From positions 480,001 to 544,000 of the forward strand of contig AP038806.1 in NCBI GenBank assembly GCA_047150005.1: a DNA stretch of 64,000 nucleotides, written 5' to 3'. This stretch comes from Nitrospira sp. Lineage in GTDB: Bacteria > Nitrospirota > Nitrospiria > Nitrospirales > Nitrospiraceae. The position numbers and the translations under genes were made by a program. Below are positions 52,418 to 60,037 of the stretch, piece by piece. How positions within the stretch are numbered: the stretch's first letter is position 1; each line of letters opens with the position of its first letter. The notes under the pieces were generated by a model. The model searched no databases, had not been told where the DNA came from, and was given only the letters and a program-made list of their open reading frames with translations.

Positions 52418-53845
52418 ATGACGCCGCCGGACTCCCCGCGCCAATCCAACGCTCCCTATGACGGTTCGGCGTTGATCGCCGATCCCATTCACAAGTACGT
52501 CTCCTTCACCGTCCCCTACGCGCAATCGGACCAGCGCGAACGCACCGAGAAGGACCTGATCGATTCGCCCTGGGTCCAGCGGCTCCGGTACATCTATCAA
52601 TTGCAGAGCGCCCGTTGGGTCTATCCCTCTGCGGAGCACACTCGTTTCGTGCACTCACTCGGCACCATGCACGTGGCGGGACAGTTCGCGAGACACCTCT
52701 ACCCCTTCTTGAAGAAAGTGGCTCCCGACGTCCCCTCCGCGCACTACGTCGAATCCTTCCTGCGCGTGACCGCCCTCGCGCACGACATCGGGCACGGCCC
52801 CTTCTGCCATTTTTTCGACGACAATTTTCTCCACTCCTTCAACGCGAGCCACGAACGACTCGGGCAGATCATCATCCGGGAACATCTCGGGCCGATCATC
52901 CGAAAGATCCGCCGCAGCCCTTCCGGGCCATTTCTGAAGGGAGAGGAACTCGACCCGGATCAGATCGCGCACGTGATCCTGAAGGAAAAGAGCAAAGACA
53001 ACTCCCGCCTGCCCCGCTGGCTCAATCTGCTGCAGCCGGTGATCGGCGGCAGCTACACGGCGGACAATCTGGATTATGTGCTGCGCGACTCCTACATGTG
53101 CGGCGTGGCGGTGGGCCCGGTCGATCTCACCAGGCTGATCCACTACACGATCATCACCGACAAGGGCTTCACGATCCACAAGACGGGGCTGCCGGCGCTC
53201 CAGATGTTCCTGAACACGCGGATGTATCTGTATTCCAACGTGTACTTCCACCGGACGACCAGGGCGATCGACATCCATCTGCGGGACATTTTTGGCGACA
53301 CGATGAAGCTCATCTTCCCCCACGACCCGCGGAAGAAGATGGACGACTATCTCACGCTGACCGACTGGTCGCTGCTCGAGCAGGCGCGCAGCTGGAGAAC
53401 ATCCCGGCAGAGCGAAGAGCGGCGCCTCGGCGAGGAATGGGCGCGAATCCTCGACCGAAACGTGAAGTGGAAAATGGCCTACAGCACCGTGCTGAAGGAA
53501 AAGGGGCAGGAGCGCGGCATGGACTTCCCCAGCGACGAACACTTCGCCAAGCAGATCAGGAAAGAACTACCGGCGTCGCTTCAGAAAATCGAGTTCCGCG
53601 TCGACATGGCCCCGCTGGATCCTCGTCCCGATCCCAAGGACCGCCGAGGCAATCCCCTGTACGTCTACGACCCCGGCACGAAACAGGTCTCGGCGGAACC
53701 GCTGGAGGAGTTTTTGGACCTCCTGCCGACCCGCCTGGTCCAGTTCCGCATCTACTCTCACGACCACGAACACGACGCGGCACTCTCGCGCGCCGCCGCC
53801 ACGGTCTTGAACAAGACGCCCTCCAGCCTCGAATCCAACTACTAA
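52418..53845 (+). CDS. HD-domain phosphohydrolase (SAMHD1/dNTPase-like)
   Basis: DPIH, QRLR, HTRFVHSLG, HDIGHGP, DNLDYVLRD, VYFHR motifs. Confidence 0.9.
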   Translation: MTPPDSPRQSNAPYDGSALIADPIHKYVSFTVPYAQSDQRERTEKDLIDSPWVQRLRYIYQLQSARWVYPSAEHTRFVHSLGTMHVAGQFARHLYPFLKKVAPDVPSAHYVESFLRVTALAHDIGHGPFCHFFDDNFLHSFNASHERLGQIIIREHLGPIIRKIRRSPSGPFLKGEELDPDQIAHVILKEKSKDNSRLPRWLNLLQPVIGGSYTADNLDYVLRDSYMCGVAVGPVDLTRLIHYTIITDKGFTIHKTGLPALQMFLNTRMYLYSNVYFHRTTRAIDIHLRDIFGDTMKLIFPHDPRKKMDDYLTLTDWSLLEQARSWRTSRQSEERRLGEEWARILDRNVKWKMAYSTVLKEKGQERGMDFPSDEHFAKQIRKELPASLQKIEFRVDMAPLDPRPDPKDRRGNPLYVYDPGTKQVSAEPLEEFLDLLPTRLVQFRIYSHDHEHDAALSRAAATVLNKTPSSLESNY

Positions 53846-53852
53846 CAGGCTG

Positions 53853-54620
53853 TTAGGCGGAGACCTTCAGCGACCGGCGCTTCCAGAGCAGAGACTTTTT
53901 CTCTTCCAGGATCTTTCGCTGATCGATAGAGGGAGCGAGGAGCCCGTGCAGATGCGCGGGGAACCGTCGTTCAAATTGCTCGATCGTTCTCGATGCGTCC
54001 TCGTCGAAGCCGGTGCGTGTGAGCAGGTCAACGAGTCGAAGGTAGGCCGGTGCGACGAGGCACAGATGGCGGGGATCGGCGGCGCGCTCGATCACATACC
54101 GATAGCCTGCGGCGGCGCGATCGGCGGCGGACGTCTCGAGACACAGCCCTTCAAGCATGTGCACGTTGATCCGGTCCGTATTGGCGCTGACGCTCGTTCC
54201 CCACTCAGCCGTCACCAACCTGCGCAACTCCTCGGACGACAACCGGACCACGGTGTTCTTTGACGAGCGCTGCAGCCGCGCCACGATCTCTCTCGCCTCC
54301 GTCCATCCGCCGTACAGTCCGATCAAACGACCCTGGCAACGGCCCTCGGCCTCGCAGGGTCCGTCGGTAGGAGAGAACCCCGTCTTGTCGGCTTTCGTCG
54401 AGAGGAAGACGCGGCCCTGCGCCTGGTCGCAGACGTGGCACAACGCCGCGCCCTGCGGCGCGGCATACACATACATGCGGACGAGCGAGCGATCGAAGAG
54501 ATCGACGGCGAGAATGCGCCCGGCCCGAACTTGCGCCTGGTGGAACAGCCACAGTCCCAGCAACGCCGCGATGGCCAGGGCGTACGTCATCATCTCAAAG
54601 CTGAAGTATCCGTCTCCCAT
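53853..54620 (-). CDS. Hypothetical membrane-anchored protein with a Cys cluster and TPR-like C-terminus
   Basis: N-terminal TM; CHVC...C...C; helical C-terminus. Confidence 0.65.
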   Translation of the reverse strand: MGDGYFSFEMMTYALAIAALLGLWLFHQAQVRAGRILAVDLFDRSLVRMYVYAAPQGAALCHVCDQAQGRVFLSTKADKTGFSPTDGPCEAEGRCQGRLIGLYGGWTEAREIVARLQRSSKNTVVRLSSEELRRLVTAEWGTSVSANTDRINVHMLEGLCLETSAADRAAAGYRYVIERAADPRHLCLVAPAYLRLVDLLTRTGFDEDASRTIEQFERRFPAHLHGLLAPSIDQRKILEEKKSLLWKRRSLKVSA

Positions 54621-54857
54621 CGGCGCACCATCACAAAACACAAAGCGGTCAGACAACGCGATCAAACGAATCCAGCATACCACTCCCCTTCAGAAACCCA
54701 AGGAGATCTCGACTTCTCGAACATGCAGGCTTGCGTGAACATTTCCGGTGACAACCCCGTTTGCCGTCCTCCGCGTCGAGAACCCAAATGCGAGTTTCGC
54801 TGTCTCCGGCGCCGAACTCTTGCGATACTGACGCGAACCAGACCGCAGGAGGATCCT

Positions 54858-55223
54858 ATGTCACGCCTGGCGATTTCGATGGTCATCGCGCTCGGGTTAC
54901 TCGCGACCGCTCCGGCATCGTCACAAACGCCTGGGAGCCATCCACCGGCCAATGCCGCCGGCATCCTGAACGCCCTTCCGCCGGATCTCTATAAGAAACT
55001 GGAACGATTAGCGCAGCTTCTTGACCAGCACATCAAGGCGGGCAAGCTCACCGATGCGCAACTCCAGCAGGAACTCATGTCGGGACGATTGGAACAGACC
55101 ATCCGTAGTCTTGGACCGGAAGCGAACCAGCTGCTGGAGGAGATTCAATCGGACATGCAGAACGGCAAAGGCCCGGGAGAGAGCGCGCTGATGCCCTTGC
55201 TGGGAGGGCTGGGAGGAAAGTAA
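54858..55223 (+). CDS. Hypothetical secreted protein
   Basis: GGAGG Shine-Dalgarno; signal peptide MSRLAIS...APASS. Confidence 0.7.
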   Translation: MSRLAISMVIALGLLATAPASSQTPGSHPPANAAGILNALPPDLYKKLERLAQLLDQHIKAGKLTDAQLQQELMSGRLEQTIRSLGPEANQLLEEIQSDMQNGKGPGESALMPLLGGLGGK

Positions 55224-55262
55224 GACTGTCCTCATCAGCCGGATTCTGTCATAGTGCGGTCT

Positions 55263-55709
55263 ATGCGCGGAATCATTGTAGGCAGTCTCGTGCTCGTCTT
55301 ATCCGGATGCGCGGCCAACCTGGCCGACATACGCAAGAACCCGCCGAAGCAGTCCGCGACTTTCGCCACAGCTCCGGCTGTGATGGCGGCCTGTGTGCAG
55401 CGGAGCACGGAGAAAATCGCCTCGCCCTATCAATCCCGCCTCGTCGTCAGTCTCGACCAAAAGGAGTACTACGTCACCGCCACCCGCAGTGCCGACAGCC
55501 TGGCCAAAGAGCCGCTCATCGGTGTCGATGTCTTCATCGTCGGCTTCAACGAGGGCTCTCTCGTCGAGCTGCGCGAAGGCGCCTCCGACGGTCGAACCCT
55601 CGCTCGTCACGTCTGGCTGATCGTGGAGTCTTGCGGGGAGAAGACCGCGAATCCCGACGATCTTTCGCCGTTCCCTGCGCCGGCGACGCCCAAGCCTACG
55701 ACGCCCTGA
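55263..55709 (+). CDS. Hypothetical lipoprotein
   Basis: Lipobox LSGC after a hydrophobic stretch. Confidence 0.7.
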   Translation: MRGIIVGSLVLVLSGCAANLADIRKNPPKQSATFATAPAVMAACVQRSTEKIASPYQSRLVVSLDQKEYYVTATRSADSLAKEPLIGVDVFIVGFNEGSLVELREGASDGRTLARHVWLIVESCGEKTANPDDLSPFPAPATPKPTTP

Positions 55710-55757
55710 AGGTCATCGGTAAGCCGAACCTCACAACCTCGATATTTTCTAGCCAAC

Positions 55758-56321
55758 TCACGGCTTGGCCGGAGACAGCTCGACCCGCTCCTGAATCTTG
55801 ACCCAAGCATCCCATCCATGGCGTTTCGCCGTGCTCATGATGACATGACGCGCCGTCGCGATGCTGCGGACCATCTGTTCCCGGTTTGCGTTAGCGTGAT
55901 GCCGCACGACAATCGCCAGCGTCTCGGGATCCGCCTCAACGACATGGAGGGAGTACAGCCGATCGCCGTTCGCCTGTTCCTGCAGCTGCGCAGTCACCGC
56001 CAGCGCGAGCCATTCGATGCTGGTCGGCGTGTAGGGGGTGAGGCCGGGCCGTTTCGGCGCCTGTGGCTCCGTGCGATGCTCGCGCGAAGCTTGTTCGTCC
56101 CGCTCGACCTTGCACTCCCCGGCCACGCAGGTCTGCATCTGCCTCAGCCGCTTATCTTCACACGCGACCCGATCTTCCGAGCTGAAGGCATTACCGAGAC
56201 AAGCCCGCAGCCCCTCCTCGACCGCATCGAGACAGCTGGTACAAGGAGTTTGGGCAAGGGCGAGGATCGGAGAGGAGAGAAACAGAAGAGAGGCTAGTGC
56301 AAGCATCAGACGCATAATCAT
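55758..56321 (-). CDS. Hypothetical secreted Cys-rich protein
   Basis: Signal peptide ending ALA-Q; six Cys in the N-terminal domain. Confidence 0.65.
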   Translation of the reverse strand: MIMRLMLALASLLFLSSPILALAQTPCTSCLDAVEEGLRACLGNAFSSEDRVACEDKRLRQMQTCVAGECKVERDEQASREHRTEPQAPKRPGLTPYTPTSIEWLALAVTAQLQEQANGDRLYSLHVVEADPETLAIVVRHHANANREQMVRSIATARHVIMSTAKRHGWDAWVKIQERVELSPAKP

Positions 56322-56366
56322 GCAGCCCTCAACCATCAAGCGTGGTCGCTCGCGATTGTCCACTCT

Positions 56367-56783
56367 TTAAATCAGCCTGGCCATTGCCGCGCGGAACGCG
56401 TGCAGATCATCAAGACGCGTGGTAATAACTTCGTAGACTTGGCCATAATCGATTTTCCAGTACACGTGGATAAGCAAGTTCCTGAAGCGCGCCATCTGTT
56501 GCAAGCGAAGAGAAAGATCCGCCGGAATAAGCCCGGCCTGTTCCAGCGAACTGAAGCAGCCCGCGTATTCCTCCGGCACCTGCTGCAGTCGCTTCGCAGA
56601 CACATGAAAACACAGCGCCAGGGCCGCTTCGATGGCAATGAGCAGCCGATAGCACGCAATATCGAGCGTATCCTGATTGAAGAGGAATGTTTCGCGGGGC
56701 AACCGGCGCAGTTCTTCAAGCCGGCTCAACGACGAATCGATCTCAGCACAGCGAGCCCGGATGACGTCCGGATTGAGAGTCAT
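56367..56783 (-). CDS. hepT: HEPN/DUF86 ribonuclease toxin
   Basis: RNLLIH (R-x4-H) followed by Y; ATGA overlap with the MNT gene. Confidence 0.88.
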   Translation of the reverse strand: MTLNPDVIRARCAEIDSSLSRLEELRRLPRETFLFNQDTLDIACYRLLIAIEAALALCFHVSAKRLQQVPEEYAGCFSSLEQAGLIPADLSLRLQQMARFRNLLIHVYWKIDYGQVYEVITTRLDDLHAFRAAMARLI

Positions 56784-57199
56784 GCAGCGAAGGCGTCCTT
56801 CGTACCGCGGCGGAGCAACGGGGCTAGATCGAGATAGCGGCGAGCCACGTCCTCGATCAGGTCGGTCAGGAAATCTTCGTCGTTGCAAACGAGAAGCTGC
56901 CCGCGCAGAGCATGATACTGAAATGATAATGGAGCCTCGTTCAAGATTCGGATATCCATAGGGATCCCGATTTCAGCGGTCAGGTTCGCGGACAACGCCT
57001 CGGAAATTTCCGCCCCACCAGCCAGCGCGGCTTTCTGAAGGTACAGGCCCACATCGACATCGTGAACCCTATCGGACTCAAGCACAGATCCATAGAGGTA
57101 GGCAAATCGCACCGCCGGTTCCCGCTCAAGCGCAGCGCGAAGCCGTGACACCACTCGCTCCCGCTGCTCGCTCGAAACCGTATACAGCCTCTGCTTCAT
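56780..57199 (-). CDS. mntA: Minimal nucleotidyltransferase antitoxin
   Basis: YLYGS...DVDVG and DIRILNEAP motifs. Confidence 0.88.
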   Translation of the reverse strand: MKQRLYTVSSEQRERVVSRLRAALEREPAVRFAYLYGSVLESDRVHDVDVGLYLQKAALAGGAEISEALSANLTAEIGIPMDIRILNEAPLSFQYHALRGQLLVCNDEDFLTDLIEDVARRYLDLAPLLRRGTKDAFAA

Positions 57200-57364
57200 C
57201 TCGTCTCCGTTGAGAGTCTTATCGACCAGAGCCAATATTACACCGCCCGTGAAGAGAGGACAAGAAACGCTGAGCGGGAAGCCCTAAAGTTTGTCATTCC
57301 CGCGGAAGCGGAAATCCAGTCAAGGCCTTCTCCTCACCATTCAGCCTTGATCGAGAGTGGATGC

Positions 57365-58401
57365 CCTAGATTCACAAACGAAGTGCAACACCTGTGGGGT
57401 AAGGTGTTGCAATGGGACGACACTATGCGCAGCTCTCCTTGGAAGACCGGTGTACGATTGCCCGGGCTCGCGAAGCCGGGCAAACCATCCGCCAAATTGC
57501 AGCAGCTCTGGATCGCGCGCCATCGACCATTCTGCGGGAACTGAGGCGCAATCGCGGCGCCCAGGTGGGCTATGCGCCTGCCTATGCCCAGGAGCAGACC
57601 CGCAGCCGCCGCTGGCGCGGGAGTCGTCTGCTCCGGCAACCGGCGCTGCAGGCCCACGTCCTGCGCTGGTTGGGGCAGGGCTGGTCGCCCGCTCAAGTCG
57701 CCGGCCGGCTCAAGCGCGACGGCTGCGCGCTGCGCATCAGCTCCGAGTCGATCTACCGCTTCATCGCCAGCCAGATCCGCCGGACGAAAGACTATCGCTG
57801 GCGGCATTATTTGCCGCGGGGCAAAAGCAAACGCGGGTGGCGGGGGCGCAAAGGCGGCAGTGCCGTGGACCACATCCGCAGCCGCGTCCCCATTAGCGAG
57901 CGACCGGCGGCGATCCAGCAGCGGCAGGACCCTGGCCATTGGGAGGCCGATCTGATGCTGTTTGCGAAATATGGCCAGGCGGTCCTGGTGACGCAGGAAC
58001 GCCGCTCGCGCGTGTTGGTGGCCAGCCGGCAACCCACGAAGGGGGCCCAGCCGGTGGCCGCCCGACTCACGGCGCTGTTTGCCGCCCTGCCTCCGGCCCT
58101 GCGCCGGACCATCACGTTCGATAACGGCACGGAGTTCGCGTATCACGATCAGCTGCACCCGCTCGGCATGCGCACCTACTTTTGTGACCCGCATGCCCCG
58201 TGGCAAAAAGGGGGTATCGAAAACGGTATCGGCCGGATGCGCCGTGCCCTCCCCCGGAAAACTGACTTGGCCACGCTCTCCACCCGCCGCTTGCTGGCGC
58301 TGGTGCGGGCGTATAATCACACCCCGCGCAAGTGTCTCGACTATGAGACACCGGCCGAGGTGTTTACTCGTGATCTGTTGCACTTCAAATGTGACTCCAC
58401 C
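57365..58401 (+). mobile_element. IS30-family insertion sequence
   Basis: Imperfect 26-bp inverted repeats (19/26) sharing GAAGTGCAACA; TGC(CC) present at both junctions. Confidence 0.85.
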
Positions 58402-58422
58402 TGCCCGCCTTCGCGGGCATGA
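57412..58422 (+). CDS. IS30-family transposase
   Basis: HTH (IAAALDRAPSTILRELRRN), WSPAQVAG, GHWEAD, TFDNGTEF, PWQKGGIEN motifs. Confidence 0.96.
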   Translation: MGRHYAQLSLEDRCTIARAREAGQTIRQIAAALDRAPSTILRELRRNRGAQVGYAPAYAQEQTRSRRWRGSRLLRQPALQAHVLRWLGQGWSPAQVAGRLKRDGCALRISSESIYRFIASQIRRTKDYRWRHYLPRGKSKRGWRGRKGGSAVDHIRSRVPISERPAAIQQRQDPGHWEADLMLFAKYGQAVLVTQERRSRVLVASRQPTKGAQPVAARLTALFAALPPALRRTITFDNGTEFAYHDQLHPLGMRTYFCDPHAPWQKGGIENGIGRMRRALPRKTDLATLSTRRLLALVRAYNHTPRKCLDYETPAEVFTRDLLHFKCDSTCPPSRA

Positions 58423-58476
58423 CGCAAGAGAATCCCCTCCAGTTAATCCGGGGAAGCTCGGGAGAGTTCGGGACTA

Positions 58477-58508
58477 GCACCCGCCTTTGCCGAGGCTTCG
58501 GCGGGTGC
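58477..58508. repeat. Short REP-like palindrome
   Basis: GCACCCGCC-TTTGCCGAGGCTTC-GGCGGGTGC. Confidence 0.6.
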
Positions 58509-58525
58509 CTGTCTCGATTCCTTTC

Positions 58526-58606
58526 TTAACTCCCCTCCGAGTCACTTCCGAGATCATTCGCGATTAGCCGATATCGCTCAAGCGCCGCTTCGAGGTCATC
58601 CACAAT
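58526..58606 (-). pseudogene. C-terminal remnant resembling a type I R-M HsdM subunit
   Basis: Translates IVDDLEAALERYRLIANDLGSDSEGS-stop, like HsdM C-termini (EIVEDLEAALEQF). Confidence 0.5.
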
Positions 58607-58704
58607 CCTAGCCCAATTGTGTACGTCGAATGTTGAGAGGCGGTCTGAAAAATACGCTCTGTGACTCTTGACAGAGAAGACAGTTGCTGACCCCATTTAT
58701 GTGA

Positions 58705-58725
58705 CCCCGCTCGCGCGGGGAACAT
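58705..58725 (-). repeat. Solitary truncated type I-E-like CRISPR repeat
   Basis: Minus strand reads ATGTTCCCCGCGCGAGCGGGG. Confidence 0.55.
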
Positions 58726-58743
58726 GAGTATGGCCAGGATACC

Positions 58744-58768
58744 ATGAGGTAAGATATCCTTGTCTCAT
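58744..58768 (+). promoter_or_regulatory. Inverted-repeat operator upstream of the AbrB-type antitoxin remnant
   Basis: ATGAGGTAAG-ATATC-CTTGTCTCAT (8/10 match). Confidence 0.45.
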
Positions 58769-58780
58769 TGTGAGGTGACC

Positions 58781-59214
58781 ATGCTGGCAAAGAAAACATC
58801 CAAGAATCAGGTCACGTTACCGAAGAAAGCGCTGGAGGATATTCCAGAAACAGACTATCCTCGAAACTCGTTCCAGCCTGGCAATCCGGCCGACTGCAAC
58901 CCGCGGTATCGGCTCCCATCTTTGATGAATACCTTCGAGTACTCGCGTACCCGCAATTCTGCCTCACATCCGCAGATATCCGCAGTTTGATCGAAGAAGA
59001 GCTGCTTCCATATATCGAAACGGTTCGCGTCACGCCATCGGTCGTTCCGAGACTACGCGATCCTGACGATGCCAAGTTTGTCGCCTGCAGGATCACCGCC
59101 GGCGTCCGCTGGCTCGTCAGCGGAGCTGACGACCTCCTCAGTCTGTATCGAGTCAAAACCGTGGAGATCGTTTCAGTCTCCACATTCCTTCAGTCCCTCA
59201 AAAGCAAACCATAA
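58781..59214 (+). pseudogene. AbrB/MazE-type antitoxin and PIN toxin fused by an internal deletion
   Basis: MLAKKTSKNQVTLPK...DY joined at ~58860 to PIN-frame SKLVPAWQSG...EYLRVLAYP...RDPDDAKF...SGADDLL; the PIN N-terminal DTN is missing. Confidence 0.75.
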
Positions 59215-59228
59215 GCCGACCCCACCAA

Positions 59229-59410
59229 ACCGAATGAAAGGGGTCGACCGAATGAAAGGGGTCGGGAGTCTTTTCAGGACGATATGCAGGTGGCCCTGCT
59301 GATGTGCGAGCTTTCGGCGATTGAGCCCATTCTCAGCGAACTGATCGATGAGGCAGTTCTGCGGGTAAGCAGAGGAGGCTTAAAACAATGACTCCCGACC
59401 CCTTTGATTC
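59229..59410. repeat. REP/MITE-like element: 18-bp tandem duplication plus 21-bp inverted repeats
   Basis: ACCGAATGAAAGGGGTCG x2 (59229-59264); GAATGAAAGGGGTCGGGAGTC (59250-59270) versus GACTCCCGACCCCTTTGATTC (59390-59410), 20/21. Confidence 0.7.
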
Positions 59411-59431
59411 TGCTCTCGTGAAGATCTTCTC

Positions 59432-59460
59432 TTGACTTCACAGCAATCGGTCTCTAATCT
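59432..59460 (+). promoter_or_regulatory. Putative promoter of the phd-relE operon
   Basis: TTGACT-17 nt-TAATCT. Confidence 0.5.
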
Positions 59461-59490
59461 GTGACCACACTTGCAACCACAGGAGGGTTG

Positions 59491-59766
59491 GTGAAATTCA
59501 CGAATGTGCGTGAGCTCAAAGCCAAAACATCCGCGATGCTGAGGACCGTTGAACGAGGGAATACGGTTCTTGTCACCACCCATGGACGTCCGACCGCCAT
59601 GCTGGTGCCGGTGACCGAAGAGGACATCGAGGATGCCCTGCTCGCCTATAGCCCGACGCTTCGGAGAAAAATCGAAGCGGGTCTCAAAGATATCCGCGCA
59701 GGCCGGTCAACGCGATTGTCCGACTATTACGCCACACGATTCAAAAAGAAAGCTCGCAGGGCGTGA
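59491..59766 (+). CDS. Phd/YefM-family antitoxin
   Basis: NVRELKAKTS...VLVTTHGRPTAMLVP; GGAGG Shine-Dalgarno before GTG. Confidence 0.9.
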   Translation: MKFTNVRELKAKTSAMLRTVERGNTVLVTTHGRPTAMLVPVTEEDIEDALLAYSPTLRRKIEAGLKDIRAGRSTRLSDYYATRFKKKARRA

Positions 59767-60029
59767 CCTACCAGGTCTTCCTCTCTGCACACGTCCAACG
59801 CGATCTCGACAGCTGCTCCGACAAGATCACCAAACAAATCCTGAATGATTGTGCTCGTCTCGCAGACGATCCTATCCCTGACGGGAAGCGGATCAAGAAG
59901 CTGCAAGGATTCAAAGACAATCTCTACCGACTGAGAGCGGGCGACTACCGCGTGGTGTTCAAGCGATCCGGATCACGCATCGACATCGTGCGGGTGCTGA
60001 GCAAACCGGACTTTCAAAAGGCCTACTGA
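59763..60029 (+). CDS. RelE/ParE-family toxin
   Basis: KKLQG, YRLRAGDYRVVF motifs; GTGA overlap with the antitoxin. Confidence 0.9.
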   Translation: MTYQVFLSAHVQRDLDSCSDKITKQILNDCARLADDPIPDGKRIKKLQGFKDNLYRLRAGDYRVVFKRSGSRIDIVRVLSKPDFQKAY

Positions 60030-60037
60030 CCGCTCCC

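Larger units (their letters stand above)
57293..58423. repeat. REP doublet (dRS3-like GTCATTCCCGC arms) whose right arm is split by the IS30
   Basis: Left arm GTCATTCCCGCGGAAGCGGAAATCCA (57293-57318); right arm TGGATGC|IS|CCGCCTTCGCGGGCATGAC. Confidence 0.75.

Noticed and set aside
58590..58603. 14-nt match (GTGGATGACCTCGA) between spacer 27/48 and the hsdM remnant, suggesting self-targeting
   Set aside because: The rest of the spacer does not match, and one 14-mer hit among 40 spacers in 64 kb is near chance expectation.
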